Source: Candidatus Eiseniibacteriota bacterium (GTDB taxonomy: Bacteria; Eisenbacteria; RBG-16-71-46). From it: 64,000 bases of DNA. Positions 53,853 through 63,104 of this stretch are shown here, piece after piece (position 1 is the stretch's first letter; each line of letters begins with the position of its first letter). A program made the position numbers and the translations under genes. The notes under the pieces were generated by a model that searched no databases, was not told the DNA's origin, and was given only the letters and a program-made list of their open reading frames with translations. The DNA is taken from assembly GCA_963717935.1 (NCBI GenBank), contig CAVQXP010000003.1:1-64000 (forward strand), in the 5' to 3' direction.

Positions 53853-55811
53853 ATGAGCGTCCCGGTGCGCATCCTGTTCGTCGAGGATTCCCGCGACGAC
53901 GTGGATCTGGTCCTCCACGAGCTGCGCCGCAGCGGCTTCACGCCCGATTACTGGGTCGTGGAGACCGAGGAGGCGATGCGCCGGGCGCTGGCCGACGAGC
54001 GCTGGGACCTGATCATCGCCGACCACGCCATGCCGCACTTCGACGCTCCCGGCGCGCTGGCCGTGCTCCAGCGGAGCGGGCTGGACCTGCCGCTCATCGT
54101 GGTCTCGGGCCACATCGGCGAGGAGCAGGCCGTGGCCTGCATGAGGGCGGGGGCCAGCGACTACCTCACCAAGGACAACCTGGCCCGGCTGGTGCCCGCG
54201 GTCGAGCGCGAGTTGCGCGAGGCCGCCCAGCGGCGCGAGGCGATGGCGGCGCTGAGCACCAGCGAGGAGCGCTACCGGCTGCTGGTGGAGAACTCCGCCG
54301 ACATGATCACGCTCCAGGACGGCCGGGGAGTCATCACCTTCGCGAGCCCCTCCGTCAGCCAGGTGCTCGGGTTCCCGCCCGCGAAGATCCTGGGCCGGAA
54401 GCTGCGTGATCTGGTCCACGAGGACGACGCGAAGATCCTGGAGGCGGCGCTGGACGAGGTGCTCGCCCACGGCTTCACCCCGCTGATCACGGGACTGCGG
54501 TTTCGTCACCGCGACGGTACCTGGCGCATCGTCGAGGGCAGCGCGGTGCGGATGGTCGAGCCCGGCGGCAAGGTTGGCATCGTCACCACGGGGCGGGACA
54601 TCACCGAGCGCATCCAGTTCGAGGCACAGCTGCACCAGGCCCAGAAGATGGAGGCAGTCGGCCGGCTGGCCGGGGGCGTGGCTCACGGCTTCAACAACCT
54701 GCTCACCGTGATCCAGGGGTACAGCAACCTGCTGCTCGACCAGCTCGACGAGAACCACGTCCTCCACCAGGAGGTGGCCGAGATCAAGCGCGCGGCGGAC
54801 CGGGCCGCGACCCTGACGCAGCAACTCCTGACGTTCGGCCGCAAGCCGGTCCTGAGCCTGCGCCCCGTGGACCTCAACCAGATCATCGGAGCGCTGGTCG
54901 CCAGGCTGCGCCAGCTCGCCGGCGAGGGGGTCGAGCTCACGACGAAGCTCGCGGCCGACCTCGCCCCGGTCCGGGTGGATCCCGGCCAGGTCGAGCAGGT
55001 GGTCGTGAACCTGACGACGAACGCGAGCGACGCCATGCCGCAAGGTGGCGTGCTCTCGATCGAGACCGCGAACGTGGAATTGGACGCCGCCAGCGCGCGG
55101 CGCTGCGCCGTGCAGCCCGGGTCCTTCGTCCTGCTCGCCGTGACGGATACGGGAGCGGGCATGGACGCGGCCACGCAGGCCCGTCTCTTCGAGCCCTTCT
55201 TCACGACCAAGGAGCCGGGCAAGGGCCTGGGGCTCGGGCTCTCCAGCGTGTACGCGATCGCGCGCCAGTGCGGGGGCGGCGTCCTTGTCTCCAGCGAGCC
55301 GGGACGCGGGAGCAGTTTCAGGATCTACCTGCCTCGCGTCGAGGGTCAAGCCGAGGCGCGGCCGCCGAAGCTGGCTCCCCACCAGGCCCGTGGCGACGAG
55401 ACCATCGTGTTGGTCGAGGATGATCTGCTCGTGAAGAACCTGGTGCACGACGTATTGCGCAAGAACGGTTACCAGGTGATGGAGTTCGTCAATGGCCGTG
55501 AGGCGCTGGCCCGGGTGAAGAGCCACAGTGGACTCATCCACCTGCTCGTCACCGACGTGGTGATGCCGGGCATGAGCGGCATCGAGCTGGCTCGCCAGCT
55601 CGCGCCGGGCCGCCCGGAGATGCGCGTCCTCTTCTTCTCCGGGTACACCGATGACCTGGTCGAGCGCCAGGGCGCGCTGCAGCCCGGGCGTGACTTCCTG
55701 CAGAAGCCGTTCACCCCGGACACGCTGCTGCGCAGAGTGCGCGCGCTGCTCGATGCGCCGGCTCTCGTCGCGGACGAGGGCGCCGCCCCGCCCGGCTCGC
55801 GCGACGACTGA
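53853..55811 (+). CDS. Cytoplasmic hybrid kinase REC-PAS-HisKA-HATPase-REC (CckA-like)
   Basis: QAQKMEAVGRLAGGVAHGFNNLL, FEPFFTTK, GLGL, LVTDVVMP, LQKPF. Confidence 0.92.
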   Translation: MSVPVRILFVEDSRDDVDLVLHELRRSGFTPDYWVVETEEAMRRALADERWDLIIADHAMPHFDAPGALAVLQRSGLDLPLIVVSGHIGEEQAVACMRAGASDYLTKDNLARLVPAVERELREAAQRREAMAALSTSEERYRLLVENSADMITLQDGRGVITFASPSVSQVLGFPPAKILGRKLRDLVHEDDAKILEAALDEVLAHGFTPLITGLRFRHRDGTWRIVEGSAVRMVEPGGKVGIVTTGRDITERIQFEAQLHQAQKMEAVGRLAGGVAHGFNNLLTVIQGYSNLLLDQLDENHVLHQEVAEIKRAADRAATLTQQLLTFGRKPVLSLRPVDLNQIIGALVARLRQLAGEGVELTTKLAADLAPVRVDPGQVEQVVVNLTTNASDAMPQGGVLSIETANVELDAASARRCAVQPGSFVLLAVTDTGAGMDAATQARLFEPFFTTKEPGKGLGLGLSSVYAIARQCGGGVLVSSEPGRGSSFRIYLPRVEGQAEARPPKLAPHQARGDETIVLVEDDLLVKNLVHDVLRKNGYQVMEFVNGREALARVKSHSGLIHLLVTDVVMPGMSGIELARQLAPGRPEMRVLFFSGYTDDLVERQGALQPGRDFLQKPFTPDTLLRRVRALLDAPALVADEGAAPPGSRDD

Positions 55812-55907
55812 GCCTCGCGCCCGTCGCCGCCGCCTTCTTCCGGCCGGGGCCCCCACGGCCGGGAGGGGGCGTTCTCTTCCCCCTCATGTTGTGGCAGAGT
55901 GCGCGGC

Positions 55908-57854
55908 ATGACGATGCCCGACCCCCAGCGCGCGCGGACTCTCTTCGTCACGGCCTTCGGGCGGGCTCCCGTGCCGCCCGGCCCGTGGCGCCACCTGGTC
56001 GTGGTGGACGTGCCGCGCCAGCGGCTCGTGCTGCTCGACCGGCAGGGTGAAGGACTCGCCGAGTACCGGGTGTCCACCGCGGCCGCGGGGATCGGCGGCG
56101 AGGCGGGCTCGCTCCGGACACCTCCCGGTCTCCACCGCATCCACGCCCGGATCGGCGCGGGCCAGCCCGCGGGCGCGGTCTTCGCGAGCCGCGAGCCGAC
56201 CGGCGAGATCTGGCGCGGCGAACTGCGCGGCGACGATCTCATCCTCTCGCGCGTGATCACGCTCGACGGCCTCGAGGCGGGTGTGAACCGCGGGCCGGGG
56301 CGCGATTCGCTCGAGCGCTTCATCTACCTGCACGGCACGAATCACGAGGCCGCGCTGGGCGAGCCCGCCTCGCATGGCTGCGTCCGGCTGGGCAACGAGG
56401 ACGTGATCGAGTTGTTCGACCGCGTGGCCGAGGGCGACCTGGTGGCGGTGCTGGGCGAGGTGCCCGTCCCCGACTGGCGGCGCGGGCGCTTCCACTACGC
56501 CGGGCTCGGCGGCAGCGGCATGAGCGCGCTCGCCCAGTTCCAGGTCATGCGCGGCGGTGTTGCGAGCGGCAGCGACCGGGCCTTCGACCGTGGCGAGCGC
56601 TCCGGCGCTCGCGCGCAGCTCGAGCGCCTGGGCATCCGCGTCACGTCCCAGGACGGCAGCGGGCTCGAAGGTGCGGGAGCCCTCGTGGTCTCGACCGCGG
56701 TCGAGCGCGAGGTGCCGGACTATGCGACGGCCCGCCGGCTGGGCGTGCCCGTCGTGCACCGCTCGGAGCTGCTTGCGCGCTTCGTCGCCGACCATCGCGC
56801 CATCGCGGTCACCGGCACCAGCGGCAAGTCCACCGTGGTGGCCATGATCTTCGAGATCCTGCGCGGCGTTGGGCGCGACCCCTCGGTCATCACCGGCGGC
56901 GACCTGGTGATGCTCCAGCGGCAGGGCCTGTGGGGGAACGCCTGGGCCGGGCGCTCGGACCTGCTCGTGGTGGAGGCCGACGAGAGCGACGGTTCGGTCG
57001 TGCGTTACGAACCCGCGGTGGGCGTGGTCCTGAACCTGCAGCGCGACCACCGGGAGATGGACGAGGTGGCCGCGATGTTCCGCGCGTTCCGCGGGCGCGC
57101 CCGCGAAGCGTTCGTGGTGGGGGAGGGCGCGAACCTCGCGGTGCTCGCGGTGGGCGCGGTCGTGTTCGGCGTGGGTCCGGCGGCCGGCGTGCGCGGTGTG
57201 GACGTGGCGCTCGATCCGGGCAGTTCCGCTTTCACCGTCGAGGACGTGCGCTTCACGCTCCCCGTGCCCGGGCGCCACAACGTCGAGAACGCGCTGGCCG
57301 CGATCGCCGCCTGCCGCGCGGTGGGCGTGCCGCTCGCGGGGATGGCGGCGCCGCTCGCGCGCTTCCAGGGCGTGGGCCGGCGCTTCCAGTCGCTGGGCAC
57401 GGCGCGCGGCGTCGAGGTCGTGGACGACTTCGCCCACAACCCGGCCAAGATCGCCGCGGCCCTCGCGACCGCCCAGGCACGGGCCGCATCTGGCGGCGGG
57501 CGCGTGCTCGCCGTCTACCAGCCGCACGGCTACGGCCCCACGCGCTTCCTGCGGCGCGATTTCGTCGAGACGTTCGCGGCCGCGCTGCGTCCCGCGGACC
57601 GGCTCTGGATGCTGGAGGTGTTCTACGCCGGCGGGAGCGCCACGCGCGACTTCTCCGCCGCCGACATCGTGGGCGAGATCGCCGCGCGCGGCGTGGCGGC
57701 GGAGTTCGCGGAGTCGCGCGCATGGCTGACCGAGCGCATCGCCGGGGAGGCGCGGGAGGGCGACCTCGTCATCGTGATGGGAGCGCGCGACCCGTCGCTC
57801 ACGCAGTTGGCGCGCGACACGCTGGCGAGGCTGGGGGGCGGGTCGGGCGCCTGA
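55908..57854 (+). CDS. Fusion of an N-terminal YkuD (L,D-transpeptidase-fold, ElsL-like) domain and a C-terminal MurC-like Mur ligase
   Basis: YRVSTA, TPPGLH, IYLHGTN...SHGCVRL; then GLGGSGMSALA, GTSGKST, EADESD, DDFAHNP, YQPHGY. One continuous frame with no signal peptide. Confidence 0.88.
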   Translation: MTMPDPQRARTLFVTAFGRAPVPPGPWRHLVVVDVPRQRLVLLDRQGEGLAEYRVSTAAAGIGGEAGSLRTPPGLHRIHARIGAGQPAGAVFASREPTGEIWRGELRGDDLILSRVITLDGLEAGVNRGPGRDSLERFIYLHGTNHEAALGEPASHGCVRLGNEDVIELFDRVAEGDLVAVLGEVPVPDWRRGRFHYAGLGGSGMSALAQFQVMRGGVASGSDRAFDRGERSGARAQLERLGIRVTSQDGSGLEGAGALVVSTAVEREVPDYATARRLGVPVVHRSELLARFVADHRAIAVTGTSGKSTVVAMIFEILRGVGRDPSVITGGDLVMLQRQGLWGNAWAGRSDLLVVEADESDGSVVRYEPAVGVVLNLQRDHREMDEVAAMFRAFRGRAREAFVVGEGANLAVLAVGAVVFGVGPAAGVRGVDVALDPGSSAFTVEDVRFTLPVPGRHNVENALAAIAACRAVGVPLAGMAAPLARFQGVGRRFQSLGTARGVEVVDDFAHNPAKIAAALATAQARAASGGGRVLAVYQPHGYGPTRFLRRDFVETFAAALRPADRLWMLEVFYAGGSATRDFSAADIVGEIAARGVAAEFAESRAWLTERIAGEAREGDLVIVMGARDPSLTQLARDTLARLGGGSGA

Positions 57855-57951
57855 CCGGGGCCCCGCGCCGAAGCCGGGACGTGGGTCCGGGCCGCGGCTT
57901 GTCGGGCAGATCAGGGCCTCTGGCCATGGACCCGCCGCTCGGAGCGGCGGG

Positions 57952-59700
57952 CTATTGCTGGTCGCGCACCAGAGACTCAAATGCGGCCAACCGCTCCGGA
58001 TCCGCCACATTGTTGAAGTAGAAGCATCTGAACATCGCGTAGTCGCGGCGCACGATGGAATCCGGCAGGGAGCCCGCGCGGGCGATGTACCGGTCAAGGG
58101 CGGTGGGAACGTCGGCGAATCGAGCGCCGCGACGGGCCAGCTCGGCCATCAGGGCGGGCTCCCAGCGGAGCACGCAGGCGACCTCGCCGTCGAGGTCGAC
58201 CTCCAGGGGAGAGATGCTGTCCGCCAGGGCGAGCGCCGGCACGACGATCGGATCCAGCCCGAAATTGACCTTCCTCTCGTCGAGCAGGTAGGCGGCCGTG
58301 GGCCTCTTCTCGTGTCCTATCCGCCCGCGCTCCGTCAGGGGTTGCCGGGCGATGGCCCGGTCGGTCAGGCCTGTCGAGCACTCGATCGCCACCGGCACCT
58401 TCGAGTAGTAGATCACCCGGGTGTCGGCCCCCATGAAGACGGCCCTCACCGGCAGCCCGCGCAGGTAGCGAGCCATGACTTCGCCTCTTCTGCGGAGCTC
58501 CCTGCACTTCTCCGGTGCGTAGTAGAGCCTCTCGTTCACGATCCCGTCGACCCAGCCTTCTCCGGAGAACGGATAGGGCGTGCACGCGACTCCCAGCAGC
58601 AAGCCTGCCGCGGCCGCGAACTTCGCGAACGTACCCTTCGGCACCAGACGCAGGACGGCAAGCTCGGTGAGGATGAGATAGAAGGGCGTCACGGGGATCA
58701 GCAGGCGGGCGAACATGAAGTCGCCGCCCACGCGAACGACGTAGAACGTGTAGGGGAGCGCCAGGGACAGGGCCAGCAGCGCCTCCGTCCTCCATCCCAT
58801 CGCAGGTCCCGTGGGCTTGCCCCTTCGTGTCCGAGCCGGCAGGGCCGCGAGGACTGCTGCTGCCACGGTGCCCACTGCCAGCACCCAGTACTTGGAGAAG
58901 AAGAGCCGAGTGTAGGTCCAGCCCTGCGAGTACCAGGCCAGCGCAGCGGACTTGGCGTAGTAGGGATTGGGGAAGAAGTCACCGTAATACCAGAGTCTCC
59001 ACGCGATGAGGGGGAGCGACACTGCAAGGAACCCGGCGCCGAAGGCCACGGCCGGCCAGGGCCTGGCGCGTCCGGTCACGAGCACGAACAGGCCCACGGC
59101 GACCGCCAGGAGCACGCCGTCCGGCCGAGTCAGCGCAGCCACGCCGAAGATGAACCCACCCCATCCGAGCCGTGACGGTCTCGCGGTTCCGCCGGCGACG
59201 ACGACGAAACCGAGTACGGCAAGGAACGTGAAGAGCGAGGTCTCCAGCCCGCTGGTGGCGTAGACGTTCCAGTCGGCGTGCACCGCGGCGAGCAGCGCCG
59301 CGAGCGGGACCACGATGGAGCTTCCCCCCGATGCCCGCGCACGCTGCAGGCTGCGCAGGCCCAGGAGCAGGATGCTGCCCGCGTAGAAGGCGATTCCCCA
59401 CGCGACGGACCAGGCCTCCGGGTCGAATCCCAGCCGGATGCCCAGCGCGGCCCAGAGCGTCCACAGGAGGTTGCTGTAGCCCTCGACCCGTTCGCCGGCA
59501 TTGAACACCAGGCCCAACCCGTGGACGAGGTTCTCGGCGTACCGGAACGAGATGAACGCGTCGTCGCAGATCCACGCCACGTGCCGGGCCGCGATGATTC
59601 CCCAAACGACGGCAAGGGTGGCACCTGCAGTGACGGAAACATCGCGGGCAGTGGATGGCCGCATCGCGGCGAGCTTGAGCCAGATGCTCGTCCTGGCCAC
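57952..59700 (-). CDS. Polytopic membrane GT-C-type glycosyltransferase (AftB-like)
   Basis: DDAFISFRYAENL..G.GLVFNAGERVEGYSNLLW, SGLETSL, LTRPDG, PNPYYAK, GGDFM..R; many TM segments. Confidence 0.75.
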   Translation of the reverse strand: MARTSIWLKLAAMRPSTARDVSVTAGATLAVVWGIIAARHVAWICDDAFISFRYAENLVHGLGLVFNAGERVEGYSNLLWTLWAALGIRLGFDPEAWSVAWGIAFYAGSILLLGLRSLQRARASGGSSIVVPLAALLAAVHADWNVYATSGLETSLFTFLAVLGFVVVAGGTARPSRLGWGGFIFGVAALTRPDGVLLAVAVGLFVLVTGRARPWPAVAFGAGFLAVSLPLIAWRLWYYGDFFPNPYYAKSAALAWYSQGWTYTRLFFSKYWVLAVGTVAAAVLAALPARTRRGKPTGPAMGWRTEALLALSLALPYTFYVVRVGGDFMFARLLIPVTPFYLILTELAVLRLVPKGTFAKFAAAAGLLLGVACTPYPFSGEGWVDGIVNERLYYAPEKCRELRRRGEVMARYLRGLPVRAVFMGADTRVIYYSKVPVAIECSTGLTDRAIARQPLTERGRIGHEKRPTAAYLLDERKVNFGLDPIVVPALALADSISPLEVDLDGEVACVLRWEPALMAELARRGARFADVPTALDRYIARAGSLPDSIVRRDYAMFRCFYFNNVADPERLAAFESLVRDQQ

Positions 59701-60020
59701 AGCGAAGCCCCCCCAGGGCTGAAGACGCGGGCAGGTGATGCCCCGGAGCCCGCCGGCTCCGGACTCTCGCTTGCGTCGAGCCCTCTGCTATCCTCAACAG
59801 ATGGGGGAAGGGCGCGCGCCCGAAGTTTACCTGCATCGCGCCTGAGTGTCACGAGCTAATCCCTCCGGGGTGCCCTGGAGGTCGGACGGATCCAACCAGA
59901 CCGTCCCGGCAAGGTCGACGTGGCCGGGGCCGACGCGGCCGTTCTACCGCCGGGGACGTGCGTCGGCCCGCCGCCAGCTCACCGGGCCTGGCCTTCGGAA
60001 TCCGTATGTGAAAGGCGTGC

Positions 60021-61751
60021 ATGAAGCGGGTCACGCAGGGGCGATCTTGGAGCGAAACGCTCTCGGGCATCACCGCCGACGCATCGTCCGGAACCCCCGC
60101 ACAGCGCGACCGCGACTGGCCGCTGCGGCTGGCACTCGCCGTCTCGCTGGCGATGGCCGCTCACCTCCTGCTCAGCGCGCTCGGATTCAGTCCCACCGAC
60201 GACGGCTTCATCCTCGCGCAGAGCCGTCGCATCCTGTCCGGGGAGGTCCCCCACCGCGACTTCATCTCGATCCGTCCGGTGGGCTCCGCCATCCTGCACG
60301 TTCCCGAGCTGCTGTGGGGCGGAAGCCACGCATTCCTGCTGTCCCGGTTCATCTACTGGCTCGAGGCCGCGCTCGGCTGCTGGTGCTGGCTCGAGATCGC
60401 GCGCATGCGCCTGCGGCTGAGCACGGGCGCGCTCGCCTCGCTGCCTCTTCTCGTGCTCGCGTTCATGCTCTCGACGCACGCCTTCCCACCCATGGCATGG
60501 CACACGGTGGACGGCGTGTTCCTGGCCTCGCTGGGCTTCCTGCTGGCACAGCGGCCGGGCGCTCGGGGTCGGGCGCTCGGCTATGCCCTGGTGGGCGCCT
60601 CGGCGCTCTGCAAGCAGAGCTTCCTGCCGCTGCTGCCCGCGGCGGTGATCCTGAACGGCGATGCGCGGCGCGCCGCCGCGTGGATCGCGGTCGCGCTTCC
60701 CGCGGCGGCATACGGACTCGTGCTGGTGGCGCTTGGCGCCGGGCACGACCTGCGACTCCAACTGCTGGCACTCACTGACGTCTGGGAGAGCGGCGTGAAG
60801 CCGTTCACGCACCAGCCGTGGGCCCTCGTGGGCATCATCCTCGGGGCGGCGAGCACGATGTGCCTTCGAGCGGGATCCGGGCGCTGGCCGATTCCCCCCG
60901 CACTCGTGCGCGCGCTTCCCTGGCTGGGCGCTCTCCTGATGTGGGGCGTGTTCGTCCATGCGGGGCGGCTCATGAACGCCGAGGGTTATGTGTTCATCGA
61001 TCGCGCCGCGTACATCCTGTTCGGGGCCGGCCTCGGGCTGACGGTGACCACGATGCCCTTCCGCGACGCGCGGCCGCTCGCCGCGATCGCCGCGTTTGCG
61101 CTCGCGGTGGCCTGGAGCAGCTCGGTCTCGCTCGGCTATCGCACGCCGGCGCTGGCGTCGGGGCCGTTGGCGCTCGTCGCGGCGCTCGGCCTGCCGTGGC
61201 TGCTCGGCGGTCCCGTCCGCGCCGGTGCGACGCGCGCTGCGGGGCTGTTGGCAACGGTGGCGGTGCTGGTGATCGCGGGTCACTGGTGGTCGGCGCGACA
61301 CGATCACATCTATCACGAGCAGACGGCACCGGCGCTCACGTTCCGGCTGGACGGCGTGCTGCCAGGCGGCGACGGGATCCGGACCAACCGCAACACGTAC
61401 GCGGCGCTCGCCGACCTGCGCGAGGCCACGCGGCGCACGCATGGCAAACCCTACGCGATCCTCGTGGACGTGCCGGGGTGGTGGGCCTGCGCCGAGCAGC
61501 GGAATCCGCTTCCCACAGACTGGCCGCAGTCCATCGAGCTGTGCACGCCGCCGCTGCAGCAGCGCTTCTCGGAGAGTCTGGTGCGCCAGCGGGGGCGCCT
61601 GGCCGTGCTCGTGCAGAAGGTCGAGCTTGCGAACGTGCAGGACGGCTTCGCGCCGGTTGCCCCGACGAACTTCTACTACTATGCGGGGACGCTCGCGCGG
61701 CAGTTGTACACGAGGACCAGCGAAACGCGCTACTGGACGATCTGCGAGTAG
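60021..61751 (+). CDS. Polytopic membrane protein, probable GT-C glycosyltransferase
   Basis: TDDGFILAQSRRILSGEVPHRDF in the first loop, LCKQ motif, about 10-12 hydrophobic segments and a soluble C-terminal domain. Confidence 0.6.
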   Translation: MKRVTQGRSWSETLSGITADASSGTPAQRDRDWPLRLALAVSLAMAAHLLLSALGFSPTDDGFILAQSRRILSGEVPHRDFISIRPVGSAILHVPELLWGGSHAFLLSRFIYWLEAALGCWCWLEIARMRLRLSTGALASLPLLVLAFMLSTHAFPPMAWHTVDGVFLASLGFLLAQRPGARGRALGYALVGASALCKQSFLPLLPAAVILNGDARRAAAWIAVALPAAAYGLVLVALGAGHDLRLQLLALTDVWESGVKPFTHQPWALVGIILGAASTMCLRAGSGRWPIPPALVRALPWLGALLMWGVFVHAGRLMNAEGYVFIDRAAYILFGAGLGLTVTTMPFRDARPLAAIAAFALAVAWSSSVSLGYRTPALASGPLALVAALGLPWLLGGPVRAGATRAAGLLATVAVLVIAGHWWSARHDHIYHEQTAPALTFRLDGVLPGGDGIRTNRNTYAALADLREATRRTHGKPYAILVDVPGWWACAEQRNPLPTDWPQSIELCTPPLQQRFSESLVRQRGRLAVLVQKVELANVQDGFAPVAPTNFYYYAGTLARQLYTRTSETRYWTICE

Positions 61752-61815
61752 CGTGGCCGGCTGGCTGCGATCGATTCGCGCAGACTGGCGTCCCCGGCCG
61801 CGGCCCCCGCCCGTC

Positions 61816-63072
61816 TCACCCGCCCGGGCGCGCCCCCGGGCCGAATCTCCGCTCGACGTACTCGTCGAGCATGCGCACGAAGTCCCCGGCGATCGCGTCG
61901 CCCTTGAGCGTGGCGGCGAGCTTGCCGTCCACGAAGACGGGCGCGCGCGGGTCCTCGCCCGTGCCGGGCAGCGAGATGCCGATGTCGGAGTGGCGGCTCT
62001 CGCCGGGGCCGTTCACCACGCAGCCCATCACCGCCACGCGCAGCGTCTCGACCCCGGGGTAGGCCGCGCGCCAGCGGGGGATGCGCTCCTGGATGTGCGC
62101 GGTGACGCGGGCGGCCAGCTCCTGGAAGAACGTGCTGGTGGTGCGCCCACAGCCCGGGCAGGAGGTGACCTGCGGGGCGAAGCGGCGGATCCCGAGCGAC
62201 TGGAGCACCTGCTGGCAGATCCGCACCTCGTCGGCGCGGTCACCGCCCGGCGTGGGCGTGAGGCTGGTGCGGATGGTGTCGCCGATGCCCTCGGCGAGCA
62301 GGATCGAGAGCGCGGCGGCACTCGCCACGGTGCCCTTCATGCCGGGACCCGCCTCGGTCAGCCCGAGGTGCAGCGGGTAGTCGCAGGCGGTGCCGAGCGC
62401 GCGATAGACCGCGACCAGGTCGCCCACCTCGCTCACCTTGGCCGAGAGCACGATGCGGTCGTGCGGCAGGCCGCAGCGCTCGGCCAGCTCGGCCGAGCGG
62501 AGCGCGCTCTCGCGGATGGCCTCGAGCATGACCTCGTGGTCGGGGCGGGGCTCGGGGCGCCGCGCGTTCGCGTCCATCAGGCCCGTCAACAGCGCGCGGT
62601 CGAGCGAGCCCCAGTTCACGCCGATCCGCAGCGGTTTGTCGTGCTCGACCGCCACCTCGATCATGCGGCGGAAGTTCTCGTCGTGCCTGCCGCCCACGCC
62701 CACGTTGCCGGGATTGATCCGGTACTTGTCGAGCGCGCGGGCGCACTCCGGGTGCTCGGTCAGGAGCAGGTGCCCGTTGTAGTGGAAGTCGCCGACCAGG
62801 GGCACGCGCACGCCCCGCTCGTCGAGATGGCGGCGGATCCCGGGCACGGCGGCCGCGGCCTCGCGCGTGTTGACGGTGATGCGCACCAGCTCGGAGCCGG
62901 CCGCGGCGAGGTGCGCGACCTGCCGGGCCGTGGCGTCAGCGTCAGCGGTGTCCGTGTTGGTCATGGACTGCACGACCACCGGGTGCGCCGAGCCCAGCGG
63001 CACGTCCCCCACGCGGCAGGTGACGGTCGGACGGCGGCCCGAGAGCGCGCCTTCGATGCGGACGAGAGGCAT
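61816..63072 (-). CDS. ispG: 4-hydroxy-3-methylbut-2-en-1-yl diphosphate synthase
   Basis: [53 protein letters not shown]. Confidence 0.96.
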   Translation of the reverse strand: MPLVRIEGALSGRRPTVTCRVGDVPLGSAHPVVVQSMTNTDTADADATARQVAHLAAAGSELVRITVNTREAAAAVPGIRRHLDERGVRVPLVGDFHYNGHLLLTEHPECARALDKYRINPGNVGVGGRHDENFRRMIEVAVEHDKPLRIGVNWGSLDRALLTGLMDANARRPEPRPDHEVMLEAIRESALRSAELAERCGLPHDRIVLSAKVSEVGDLVAVYRALGTACDYPLHLGLTEAGPGMKGTVASAAALSILLAEGIGDTIRTSLTPTPGGDRADEVRICQQVLQSLGIRRFAPQVTSCPGCGRTTSTFFQELAARVTAHIQERIPRWRAAYPGVETLRVAVMGCVVNGPGESRHSDIGISLPGTGEDPRAPVFVDGKLAATLKGDAIAGDFVRMLDEYVERRFGPGARPGG

Positions 63073-63104
63073 GAAGCGAAGAGTAGGGAGGCGCCTGGAG
63101 GGCG

